From Scyliorhinus canicula (Eukaryota): a DNA stretch of 64,000 bases. The stretch is from the NCBI RefSeq assembly GCF_902713615.1, contig NW_024055843.1, forward strand, positions 332,200 to 396,199, written 5' to 3'. The notes beneath the pieces were generated by a model. The model saw only the letters and a list, made by a program, of their open reading frames with translations. It had not been told where the DNA came from and ran no database searches. Below, piece by piece: positions 22,504-33,339 of this stretch (within the stretch, counting starts at the first letter, position 1; each line of letters opens with the position of its first letter). A program made the translations under genes and the position numbers.

Positions 22504-22886
22504 TCTGCTTCGCACAGAGATACATTCCGGAGTCCTGGACCGCGCTCTCATCTATACAGATGGAAATGGACTTCTTTGTTCTCTCCAAGGACAGGGTGTA
22601 GCGTCCTTTGGTCTCAGTCCCCTGGTAAATGGAGGCGATAAATGTGGGAGCCCCTGTCAGTGTCTGTCTGTACCAGACTACGAAATAGCCAGAACCAATG
22701 GAGAGCCAGCAGTTCAGTTCAGCCTGATCCCCTTCCCGGGACACCGCCTGCTCAGGGTGGGAGCTCTGATCCTCATACTGAACAGCTGGGAACAAAATAA
22801 AATCCACATAACCACACAGTGTTATGTGATTGTTAAAACAATGCATCAGATAAGAAAATAAACTCACCCAATATCAGCAGCTTCAT
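22504..22886 (-). CDS. TCR V gene of a divergent family, open, very short leader (22868-22886; V exon 22504-22785)
   Basis: MKLLIL-|gtgag. Acceptor ttcccag, then VQYEDQSSHPEQ...AELNCWL...VVWYRQTLTGAPTFIASIYQGTETKGRY...SISICIDESAVQDSGMYLCAKQ. Confidence 0.85.
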
Positions 22887-23389
22887 AGTTCCAGCTGGAA
22901 ACAGCTCTTTCCTGGGATTCCTGGTCACGATGATGAAAGTGGACAAAAGGCGGATCAATCCGGGTCTGATTTCCAGACTGGGACTTGCCCCCCCCCCCCT
23001 CAATGTGAGACTGAGGGGCCACATTGTCACCGATTGGACTATTATGGGATGTCGTTACCTGGCGTTACTCACGGTGCCACTGAGCGATTGGCTGTTTCTC
23101 AATCCATAGACCACTTGAACCGTCACTGATTCCAAACCTCTCTGCTTCCTGTGTGTAACAGCAGGTTACAATGATTCAGATAGTCAGTGCTCTGTTTCCT
23201 GTCTGACTGAGCAGAGCCATTGATTATCCTACAATCATAGTGTTTTACAGCCCAAAGAGAGGAAATTCTGTCCATTATTTTGTATTGTCTCGCTTAAGGA
23301 GTTATCCACTGATTAATTATCTGCTTGTTCCATAGATTTCATCATTTTTACATTTCTAGTTACTGGTCCGATATTTATCCACTTCTTCT

Positions 23390-23680
23390 TAAGCTGATTG
23401 ATGGATTCTGTTCCCGGCAACGTTTCTCGTGCACTTGCTCCAGTTGCTGAAGTCTCTGCTCAGGATTATTGTTTTTCATCCCTGCTTCATCTTTCCCAAT
23501 CCCTCTCCACACTCTGTCTGTGCGGTTAATACCAAACGAAAGAAGAGTAACAGAACCATCCATATGTTTGAACAGCATTCCCAACAGCGATATGTACATA
23601 TTTACACTAGCTGTATCTTTTCTAATGCCTGCGTCGTTGTTGATAAATCCTGGATCCTTTAACTCTGTAACATCATCAGC
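23390..23680 (-). pseudogene. Possible decayed V relic
   Basis: ttacag acceptor, TGT ACA TAT (C-T-Y), LFKHMDGSVTLL, and gagcagagac(t)tcagcaact (EQRDSAT-like) in shifting frames. Confidence 0.3.
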
Positions 23681-23879
23681 ATCGTGTTCCCAAATATTCG
23701 CATTCGATCCCTGAGATCTTTGTCCTCTTTGACTCATGTAAACTATATTTACTTCTGAGTTCCTGCCTCATTCCATCTACTTTATGTGTTTATATGATAG
23801 AATCAGACACAGCATTTGTGGTTGCACTTTAGATCAACAACTAATGTTCTTCCGTGTTTATTCAATGCAGGAAATGATC

Positions 23880-24190
23880 TGCTGACGCAGCCATACAGAT
23901 CCCTGCACCACGGCATTGTTTACAGAAGTAGTGATAGGAAGGGGCCAGAGGCAGCGATGTATCCACCATTGTACCCACCAGCACAATCGGTTCATATCGA
24001 GAGCAGCAAACGGAAGCTGTGGTCGTGGACACCGCAGACTCTAAACTGATCAAACTGTGCGGCGGATCAACTGCTGGAGTGGAAATAGCGACGGTTCAAT
24101 CTCCAGAGGCCTGTGACCATCCTGCACCTGCTCACTGCTCAAGTGACCGAGAACAAACAGTGAGGGAGTGACATGAACGCTCATGAATCA
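23880..24190 (+). pseudogene. Possible decayed V relic, paralogous to 32370-32740(-)
   Basis: Shares gagcagcaaacggaagctgtg...gcagactctaaactga...ggaaatagcgac...gtgaccatcctgcacctgctca with the inverted copy. Faint RQAP-G and QP-D-T-A-L-Y patterns. Confidence 0.3.
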
Positions 24191-24738
24191 TAGAGATTTA
24201 GGGAACGGAATGAGGATTCAGTTTTCCTGTGTCTATTTGAAAACGCTGTCCCAATCGCCTTTCACACCTCACATTAGCCATGATGCTTCCCTTCACAATT
24301 CTCCTTTGAAAGTTTCCGTTGAATCTTGGTGGAAGTACGGATGTTAACATATCGCAACACAGTAAATAAAATTCATCATAATAAATAAAATTCATCTCTC
24401 ACTGTCTAATTTTTCATGTAATCGGGAAGATTTTGTTTGCTGCTTTTAGAAACAATTACTAGTGATATATACCACGAAAATCAATATTTTTAGCACATCA
24501 ATTGAGTGTCCCTTTCCTGTTGTTCTGTTTCCTCCCTCCGGGAGTTCACTTGGTTAAGACGTCCTACATTTCTAACCTGTCCCGGTTTTAATGAAAGGTG
24601 ATAGTGAAAGACCCACTTTGTTGTCCTGTCGAGAAATGCCGCCTGACTCCCTGAGTTGTTCCAGTATTTTCCACTTTCTCCGCAGATGTTAGATCGACTT
24701 TCGATGGCAATGACGGTATGCTGCGGTTACTTTCGAGG

Positions 24739-24826
24739 GGTTCGTTGGTCTAGGGGTATGATTCTCGCTTTGGGTGTCTCGCTGTAGGAATTTGCGAGAG
24801 GTCCCGGGTTAATCCCGGACGAGCTC
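24739..24826 (+). tRNA. tRNA-Pro(TGG) with 18-nt intron (24775-24792), probably inactive
   Basis: GGTTCGTTGGTCTAGGGGTATGATTCTCGC TT TGG G [tgtctcgctgtaggaatt] TGCGAGAGGTCCCGGGTTAATCCCGGACGAGCTC. The T-loop/B box has lost 2 nt. Confidence 0.85.
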
Positions 24827-25279
24827 TTTGATGAGGGTTTCTGTTGGTCAAGCAACATGTTTTCTTCATTTGTTTGCGGCGTAGACGGCGGGATTCATTC
24901 ACATTGGGTTTGCTTTGAGAAGCTGAGCTCCAACTGCAGGGAACCAATACGTTCCCGAGAAAATCGAAACATTTTCGAAAAGCTTGTCTATGAGTGGACA
25001 TTCACTTATCTCTATTCTGGTGGATTCCGGCAGCTCTCTGTCTGTTCCATTTCATTCATTCGGGGATGTGAACACCCCTGGCTGCTCCAGCATTTATTGC
25101 CCACAGCTATTTGCTATTGTGACCGTGATGGTGAATTGCCTTCTTGAATCGCTAGACTATTTTTACCCAATATTTATTTTGACAGTGAAACATTCCCAAT
25201 TCCCCATTTACATTCACGTATTTACTTATTATGTATGTCTTTATTTCGACCCTGACCTGCTGCAATGTTCCACAGAAAC

Positions 25280-26000
25280 CCAGCAGAAACTGGGGAAATA
25301 GCTCCTCATCCTCTGATTAGGCATGTTACAGCCTTCCCGACTTAACATTCAGTTCAACAACCTCAGACTGTGAACTCTCTCTACCCCCTTAACCACCTGT
25401 TTATTTCCATCAACATATTTTCATTAATTCCAACGATATGTTTTGCCCTCACCATTGCCCCCTCCATCCAGCCCATCCGATCCCACTTGAGCAATCTGAT
25501 CTCTATTGCAGGGGCTGGATTAGCACAGTGCGAAATCGCTGGCTTTGAAAGCGGACCACGATAGGCCAGTACTAGCCTCCCCCAACAGGCGCCGGAATGT
25601 GGCGACAGTAACTTCATTTGAAGCCCAATAGTGACAATAAGCGATTTTGATCTCATTTTCCTCTGCCTCGCTGCTTACTTTTGTCCTACCATTAACACAT
25701 TCTGACCTCTTAATGCGCCTCTATCAGCACCTTTCTTAGCCCTGATTAGCCTCAATTACATTCCCTTTTCCTTTCTGTGCAACACATTTTCGTCAGTTGC
25801 CACCAGTCGCTGACACTCTACCGAGGACCAATGCGTCACGTCAGCCCCGCCCCAGCCACAATAGTCTGAATCTGATCCCTATTGCCCGTTCTCCAGCTTT
25901 GACAAAGAGTCAGCCAGACTCGAAACGTCAGCTGCCATCTCTCTCCACAGAGACTGCCAGACCAGCTGAGACTGTCCTGTGTTTTCTTTTTTTGTTCCCC
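25280..26000 (+). mobile_element. Penelope-like element 3' remnants (with SINE insertion)
   Basis: aacattcagttcaacaacctcagactgtgaac (LNIQFNNLRL*) and the tail ctttgacaaagagtca...ctcgaaacgtcagct. Paralogues at 37300-37700, 40700-41200(-) and 43390-43900. Confidence 0.6.
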
Positions 26001-26312
26001 ATTGACGCATCCGCAGTAAGATGCTTTTATCGTACATTTAGACATGTTTGAAATGGTGATTAAATATGTTCATCTGCATCTGTAAACCCAAAAGATTCTG
26101 TGGTGGATGAACAAACTGCTAATATCCGAATCGTGGGCAAAATAGGAAAGGATTTTCTTCCCATGGCGTCTTGAAAATTCAGTATTTCTGACTTTGCTAC
26201 AGGAATTTTTATACATTATGCGAGACCAAATCTCATGTTCGTCGAACGAGCGAGATTGAGCAACAAACATATTTTGTGCAAACATTTGTCACACGAAATG
26301 AAAAGCACCGGA

Positions 26313-26385
26313 TGTTTCTGCCCGGCTTCGAACCGATGACTTTTCGCGTGTTAGGCGAATGTGATGACCACTACACTACAGAAAC
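26313..26385 (-). tRNA. tRNA-Val(AAC), T-stem damaged
   Basis: GTTTCTGTAGTGTAGTGGTCATCACATTCGCCT-AAC-ACGCGAAAAGTCATCGGTTCGAAGCCGGGCAGAAACA. Confidence 0.85.
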
Positions 26386-26613
26386 TGCTGGGAGCATCGT
26401 TATCAGTGGACGTGTGCAATGTTCAACCTCAATATGTTGCTGCAGCTTCTAATGGTTACGCTGAGAGGCCATGTAACTTATTAAAAGAAGCAGTTTCTTT
26501 AATACTGATGTCTCAACTTATCAAAGGATCACATATTGAACTTTACTGAACTGGAGATAAGTTATGTTTTGCTTGAAGTTACATTGAGAGGGCAGGGCTT
26601 TCATAAGTAACCA

Positions 26614-26690
26614 CGATGTGGAGATGCCGGCGTTGGACTGGGGTGAGCACAGTAAGAAGTCTTACCTGGTGTTGTAAGACTTCTTACAAT
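26614..26690 (+). mobile_element. Short Penelope-like terminal insertion with 12-bp TSD
   Basis: Flanked by ataagtaaccac and absent from the paralogous arm at about 38900. Confidence 0.7.
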
Positions 26691-26801
26691 AAGTAACCAC
26701 AGCTGATACGAGAATTGATGGTGCCCTGCTCACTTTGCTCTGCATCGGGAACCAGCTGTCCAAACCCACTGAACTAAAGGGGACGCCAAAACTAGGAATT
26801 G

Positions 26802-26852
26802 CGAGCCAGCCAGGAGTCGAACGTGGAACCTTATCCATTGCGCCACTGGCCC
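26802..26852 (-). pseudogene. tRNA-Arg(ACG)-derived pseudogene lacking the anticodon arm
   Basis: GGGCCAGTGGCGCAATGGATAA|GGTTCCACGTTCGACTCCTGGCTGGCTCG. Confidence 0.85.
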
Positions 26853-26946
26853 ACAGAAGTTACAGGCTTTTGCTATTCCTCGATGATGAAGACCAGTTAC
26901 GAGATTGAGGTAATATTTAGCGACAGACTAAACTGGAAACACCAGA

Positions 26947-27019
26947 TATTTCTGCCCGGTTTCGAACCGGGGACCATTCGCATGCAAAGCGGATGTGATA
27001 ACCACTACACTACAGAAAC
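26947..27019 (-). pseudogene. tRNA-Val-body pseudogene, anticodon mutated to TGC
   Basis: Paralogue of the Val(TAC) copies. Loop TT-TGC-AT, with anticodon- and acceptor-stem changes. Confidence 0.8.
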
Positions 27020-27539
27020 AGCTGGCAGCGCAGACTCCAACGGACCTGTGTCACCTTCAACTCAACTGCCTTGTTGCAACTTCGCATGGTTCGGCTGAGA
27101 GGCCATGTCACTTCTCACAAGAACACGTCTATTTCTTTAAAACAGATGTCTAAACTTACAAGCTAGTAGAAGAACCTATATTGAACTGAAGAATTTGTTC
27201 AGCAAATCTCTAACGGTGAAATGCTCTCTTCTATTATTAATGCAACATTCTGAAATCCTACACAAAAAAGCAACCGACTTTACACAATATTTGTTTCGTT
27301 ATTCAACGCTTGAGTTGAGTTTAAGAATTGACAATTATGTGTTTCTTATATTTGACCTCATTGTGTTTTGGTGTGTAAAATGCTGCAGCCTAAATACCGT
27401 TCATGTAGAAGAAAGGAGGGGTAATTGTAAATCAACTTTGAGCCTGGATTCCAACACTGGCTTTTCCTGTTTCTCCATCAGGAAGACCGTTTTTTCTTTG
27501 CCCAATGCTTCACGCTCCCCCCCCCCCCCCCCCCCCCCC

Positions 27540-27733
27540 CCGCCGAGATTGGTCATCATTAACATATTGACGATGAAGAAAGAGGAGATCTCAGGACGAT
27601 ATCTGGCGGCTGCCAACAAGTTTAAAAAGAATGGTTATCTCAATATAAACGCGCTCAGTGTGGAGGACGGGACGGTCTATTACTGTGCAATGAGCACAGT
27701 GTCACAAAGCAGCTACAACCACGTACGGAAGCC
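27540..27733 (+). pseudogene. 5'-truncated V (3' half only, 27540-27694) with RSS
   Basis: PPRLVIINILTMKKEEISGRYLAAANK...LSVEDGTVYYCAMS + CACAGTG + 23 + ACGGAAGCC. The 5' half is replaced at a C24+ run. Confidence 0.88.
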
Positions 27734-28371
27734 TCAGAGAGTATTTTCAATTCCAGTAAATTTGCGTTCCTGCCCTTGTACCGGAGGATGGTTTGATCTG
27801 GATTCAGAAAAATACTCAGGTCTATTTCTCCACAATTGCATTGCCGTCTCTGTCCTTGTATAGGTCAATAGAGGAGCCGCTTCGGATTCGTGAGATTAAT
27901 CAGCATGTCGCGATGCACAGTAAATTTAAGCTTGGAATATCCACTTCCGAGCAGCAGTAATGAAAGTTCTCAGATGTGGGGATAATAAAATCTTCCAGGA
28001 CCGTTAACTTAGGTCGACCTTATGCCAATGAGTCTGAGCCCCCAGTAGTCTTCAGCGGAACGTCGAATTTCTGATCGAAAATACATCAAATCTATGTTGA
28101 CATTTCCTGCTTTCTGTTATGGAGGTTCCCAGATAAGGGACCTGTTTCAAAGAAAGTGTGGTGCTGTCCAAGTGAGTTCTGTAAAATCCACGGGCCTGTG
28201 ATGATTCCACGTCTCACAAATGTCCATGCCCGCGGGACCATGTGTACGGTCCTTCCAGATATTTTCCGCACTGCCTCAGGGGACCAATATTGGCAGCATT
28301 CTCATTCGGTCCCTGGCAATCAGAGGATTGGCCGTCACTGTTGAAATGCGCAGAGTTGTGATCCTGTTGTC

Positions 28372-28444
28372 GTCTCCGTGGCGGAATCGGTTAGCGCGTT
28401 CGGTTGTTAACCGAAAGTTGGTGGTTCGATCCCACCCAGAGGCG
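28372..28444 (+). tRNA. tRNA-Asn(GTT), variant/probable pseudogene
   Basis: GTCTCCGTGGCGGAATCGGTTAGCGCGTTCGGTT-GTT-AACCGAAAGTTGGTGGTTCGATCCCACCCAGAGGCG, with stem mismatches and a 1-nt deletion. Confidence 0.85.
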
Positions 28445-29226
28445 AATTGTTGTTCAACTCCTGGATGATGTGTTTTAAGGGGCTGTTTAGGACAGGGCTA
28501 AATCGCTGGCTTTGAAAGCAGACCAAGCAGGCCAGCAGCACGGTTCGATTCCCGTAACAGCCTCCCCGAACAGGCGCCGGAATGTGACGACTATGGGATT
28601 TTCAGAGTAACTTCATTTGAAGCCCACTCGTGACAATAAGCGATTTTCTTGTTCTGAAAACACGTACCGTGCACCGTCTGTGGCATGGAGTTGCCTCTAT
28701 CGCTGTAATATCCTTCATGGCGCTGAGCTGGGGAATAGCTCAACGATGCTGTGTCTCCCTCGATAACTCAGGAGATTGTGACGCCTCCTCACGGACCTGC
28801 TAACAGACTAATGTTGAGCAGGAGTTGGCTGTTCATCCGCTTGAGCCTTCTTCAACAATTCCAGACAATTTGGTCTCTGAAAAAAGCGATGTTCAGAGCA
28901 GTTCCCCTTTTGTACCTTCTTCGTCAGAACCAAAATAAAGAAAACTAGTCTGTTGAGCCCTGCTATTATTCAGAGTTCTAACCTCCGCCTGTCCACCAAA
29001 GTCTTGGCATTCTTTCGACTTCGTCCTAAGGTGTGAAACGAGAACTCCAGGGATGATTTGCACAGATTAAGCATAGTTTTTTGATTAGAAACACCTATAG
29101 TGACAAAGATAGTGTATAAACAGCTGAAATTTAGATTTCTGACTAGGTTTCCCGTCCTGATATGCATTGCAGTCAACACTGAATCCACTGAACAGCCGAA
29201 TTCTAACACGGAGTAAACCGAATCCG

Positions 29227-29316
29227 GCAGCAGAGGGCGCCAAATTCAAGCACGGGCGTCAGAAACTCACCTGATGGTGTCGGCCAAGCCGATAGGATGG
29301 GAGGCGAGTGATGTCA
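29227..29316 (+). promoter_or_regulatory. V promoter: CTCF-like motif plus TCR decamer
   Basis: GCAGCAGAGGGCGC 29227-29240 (13/14) and AGTGATGTCA 29307-29316, upstream of ATG 29413. Confidence 0.6.
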
Positions 29317-29412
29317 CAATAGACCCTCTCCCTGCACTGCACTAAGTTCCCTCTCTCCTACACAATCCCTGACTCAGTCCAGTCCAGTTCACTGAGAGAG
29401 ATTCAGTCAGAC

Positions 29413-30163
29413 ATGGTTGTGATAATACTGGCGGCGCTTTGGCACAGTAAGTAGTTATAGTGTTAATTAAACCAGATTAGCATATTAATACACATAGGCT
29501 AGAGTATAATTACGATCGGGAATGTCTATGAAGTGCCTGCATCAGAGGTCCCAGAAAATGCCGCCGATACAAGCAAATCTGTATCAACTCTGTTTAAACT
29601 CAGGGCAGCACGGTGGCGCAATGGTTAGCACTGCTGCCTCATTGCACTGAGGACACGGGTTCGATCCCGGTCCCAGATCACTGTCCGTGTGGTGTTTGAA
29701 CATTGTCACTCCCACAACCTAGATGTACAGGCTCAGTGGACTAGCCACGCTAAAAAGCACCTCTTAATTGAACAAACTCTAACTTTATAAAGGAACAACA
29801 ACCTGTTCATTTCAGTCCTTCACTTTCGCAGGCCGGCAATGTTCAATCCAGTAGCTCAGTCACCAGTGACAATAACAGTCTCAGAAAGGGCTTCGGTGAA
29901 GTTAAATTGCCAATATAAAGGCCCCAATATGTACAAAATGCAATGATGTCAGGAGAAACCGGCACAGCCACCGAGATGGATTATCACCAACAACTCAGCA
30001 ATGAAGAAAGATGTGGGTTCAGGGACGATATCTGGCGTTTGCTGACAAATCTAAACAGAACGGTTACCTCAGTATAAGCGCATTCGCTGTGGAGGATGGG
30101 GCGGTCTATTACTGCGCACTGTGAAACAGCGTTAGAGAAAACCTAAAGCCCCGTACACAACCC
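29413..30163 (+). pseudogene. TCR V gene pseudogene (leader 29413-29446, V exon 29816-30124), same family as the 27.5k/36.6k copies
   Basis: Leader MVVIILAALWH|gtaagt. VKLNCQY...MQ*CQEKPAQPPRW (W41>TGA), FR3 frameshift, VEDGAVYYCAL. RSS damaged (AACAGCG + 23 + ACACAACCC). Confidence 0.88.
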
Positions 30164-30259
30164 TGAGTGAGTGTTTACTGCATCACTGAGCTTCCTTTCC
30201 GAGAAGGAATTGATCCCAGGCTCAGGCAAGCAATCTTGTCTATTTACCGGACATGTCTC

Positions 30260-31400
30260 TGTCCTTGTGTAGATCAAGAAATGAATAGTTTGGGAAATAT
30301 TGAGAGCTATGGTTGAAAATATCAGCAATGATTGAATGGCAGAGCGGACTCGATGGGCCAAGTGACCTAATTCTGCTCCTATGTCTAATAGTCTTATGGT
30401 CTTATTATGGTCTATCATACCGCAAATTGTATTGTAACTTTAAAACCAGAATATCTACCTACCGGCAGAGGGTGGCACTCAACTGAGGAGATGGACGAAA
30501 ATCATGGCCTGCTCTTGCAGAAAGTCCAAGGACAAAGACTCCTAGTTACCTGTTCTTTTAACGAAAAGCAGAATGGATCAATACGTACTGCGGTACAAAA
30601 TGTACAAGGTGCTTAATGGGCGGCACTGTGGCTCAGTGGGTTGCTCTGCTGCCTCATGCTCCTGGGACCCGCGTTCGATTCCTGGCTTGGTTCTCTATCT
30701 GTGCGGAGTCTGCACGTCCTCCCCGTGTCTACGTCGGTTTCCTCCCTCAAGTCCAGAAAAGACGTGCTGTTAGGTGAATTGGACATTCTGAATTCTCCCT
30801 CTGTGTACCTGAACAGGGGCCGGAGTGTGGTGACTCGGGAATTTTCACAGCAACTTCATTGCAGTGTTAATGTAAGCCTACTTATGACACTAGTGAAGAT
30901 TATTATTACGACAATGTACGCTTAATATATAATAACCGCCGAGCAACATGAGAATTACTATCAGTTGGGACATGGGAAGCACATGGTGCCAGGTGTAGAC
31001 TTTAATAGAAATCAATTTTTCGATGGAAAATACCTGAAATTTCTGTTGACATGACATGTATTCTGTTCGATTCCCACGCAGATCAGGGACAGACTTCGCC
31101 CATTTATGTTATGAAGAGACGTTGCATAGTTTTGGGTGTACAAGATTATGAGGGGCATGGTAGGGTAGATAGGGAGCAGTTGTTCCCCTTAGTTGAAGGG
31201 TCAGTTACGGGGGGACACAAGTTCCAGGTGAGGGGCAGGAGGTTATGGTGGATTTGAGGAAAATTTTATTTAGCCAGAGGATGGTGACTGTCTGGAGTAA
31301 ACTACGTGGGAGGGTGGTAGAGGCAGTGTGCTTCACATCCATTAAATAGTACCTGGCTGAACACATGGCACGTCTTCACATTCAAGGCTATGGAACACAT
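30260..31400 (+). mobile_element. CR1 3' fragments (30260-30410, 31130-31400) and a SINE (30617-30910)
   Basis: tgattgaatggcagagcggactcgatgggcc...cttatggtcttat tail and the RVDREQLFPLVEGSVTGGHKF peptide. Confidence 0.65.
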
Positions 31401-32076
31401 GCTGACAAATGAGGTCCCTGGCCACAGAGTTAGGTTAGCATCAAATCAGAGAAGAATGACACCACAGTACGAGGCCATTCCGGCCGCCGTGTCTGTGCCA
31501 GCTCTCTGTTAGCGCAATAGAGCATAGAAAAGTACAACACAGAACAGGCCCTTCGGCCCTCGATGTTGTGCCAAGCAATGATCACCCTACTCAACGCCAC
31601 GTATCCACCCGCAGCCCAACAAGGTTTAAATCCAGGTTTGTCCTGGCTTGTCCTGGATTTAAACCCACGACCACTCCCATAGGCATTGATTGAAAATCCC
31701 TAAACGAGAACCAGACCTCGAGACCAAAGAGCACAAATTTAAGACCGACATTAAACAAAATATAACTTATGTAATTTCGATATAATTTCTACATCTGTGC
31801 AAATCATCCCTGGAGTTCTCGGTTCAAACCATGGATGTGACGAAGTCGAAGGACTGTCAAGAATGCGGAGGTTAGAACTCAGAATAATAGCAGGGCTCAA
31901 CAGACTGGTTTTGTTTTGACGAAAAAGGGGAAATTGCTCTAAACTTCGCTTTTGGAATTATTTTCAGTAGCTGAAGGCTAAATGTCCTATGAAGAAGATA
32001 GGTGAATGATATTTCATGCAGCAAGCGTTTGTGAGACAATGAAACGTTACAGAGAACTTTGAATGGATCAGCACCG

Positions 32077-32148
32077 TGGAATGGGCGGGATTCGAACCCG
32101 CGAATTTTGGTTTACGAGACCAACGCCTTTCCTCTTGGCCACCGCACC
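32077..32148 (-). tRNA. tRNA-Thr(CGT), degenerate
   Basis: GGTGCGGTGGCCAAGAGGAAAGGCGTTGGTCT-CGT-AAACCAAAATTCGCGGGTTCGAATCCCGCCCATTCCA, with two acceptor-stem mismatches. Confidence 0.82.
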
Positions 32149-32369
32149 GTAGGCAAGATAGTGATGTTGATTGCACTGTGAGTTGTTATCATTTGGAGTC
32201 TGGCGCAACAATTGATGAGAGAAGAAGAATCAATAGAACATTTAAAAATGTATTGTCAGTACTTGAGAACGGAAAACCCCGCGGGATTTACATGCAGGGT
32301 GAAAAGGGCAATAGAAAAAGTTATTTCAAATAGGCGCAGATAGCGTCAGTTCAATCTGCCCCCAGTCCT

Positions 32370-32740
32370 CCGACACGATATTGTTCTCAGTGAGTTGAGC
32401 AGGTGCAGGATGGTCACGGGCTGCTGGGTGCTCAACTGTCGCTATTTCCGCTCCATCACTTGTGAATAATGGCCGCACACTTTTTCAGCTTTGAGTCTGC
32501 TGTGCCCCGGTCACAGCTACCGTTTGGTGCTCTCGCTCCAACACCATTGGGATATTCTAGACATTGCTGCCGCTGCTCGATTCCTGTCATTGGTTGGATC
32601 AGCAATGCAGTGGGACCTGAATCTGAATTGCTGCTCTGACAGATTATTGCCTGAGTGATTGATTCAGGAACGATCGCGGGGAACCGCCTCCTCACCCTCT
32701 TCGTTATAATCTCGCTACTCAGTATTTCCTTCACTGCAAA
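32370..32740 (-). pseudogene. Possible decayed V relic, paralogous to 23880-24190
   Basis: See the 23880 entry. Confidence 0.3.
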
Positions 32741-32883
32741 ACCCCCATTCTCCCCTTACTGAGTAACCAGGTATTAATGTTAATTAAATAATAATGAGTA
32801 TGGTGCAGGTGACCGTTACGTTGGTCAATATGAGGCTGATTCTGAATTTTGAGATTATTATTGTTTTCTGTTCGTTTCTATCA

Positions 32884-33182
32884 GACTGGAGCCACCAAGA
32901 CCCAGTGGAACATCTGGACGCTGAAATGAGGGTTGAAGAGGATACTGACGCCACACAGCAGTACAATCGATACTGACGATCCTGATACACAGTCAGCATC
33001 GGGCAGCTTGCACGGTTCATATTCCGTCTGATTGGAGAGAATCTGCGTAGCAGCAAATGTAGAAGTGATCGCAATATGGCACATATATAGAGAAATACCA
33101 GCACAAAAATATAGAGATCCCTATATGTGTATGTGCCGTCAATCACATTATAGCAGAAAGGCAGTGGGTCCCAGAAACAAAC
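32884..33182 (+). pseudogene. Decayed V relic related to the 4803-5229 family
   Basis: ctatcag then DWSHQDPVEHLDAEMRVEEDTDA (cf. GRSGQDSVSQDRRELTVEEEEKA). The end cacatta + 23 (aaaggcagt) + gaaacaaacc resembles that family's RSS. Confidence 0.45.
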
Positions 33183-33339
33183 CGACACCAAGAGGGGTAG
33201 GGGTATGTGTGTGTGTGTGTGTTGGGGGGGGGTGGGGGGGGGTGGGCGGTGGTATTCATCTCTCAAGGTGGATGCGAGAGGGCGGTCAGAAAGACCATCG
33301 CCATTTATTATAATGTGAAAATGGAGCAAGACGGGTTAT

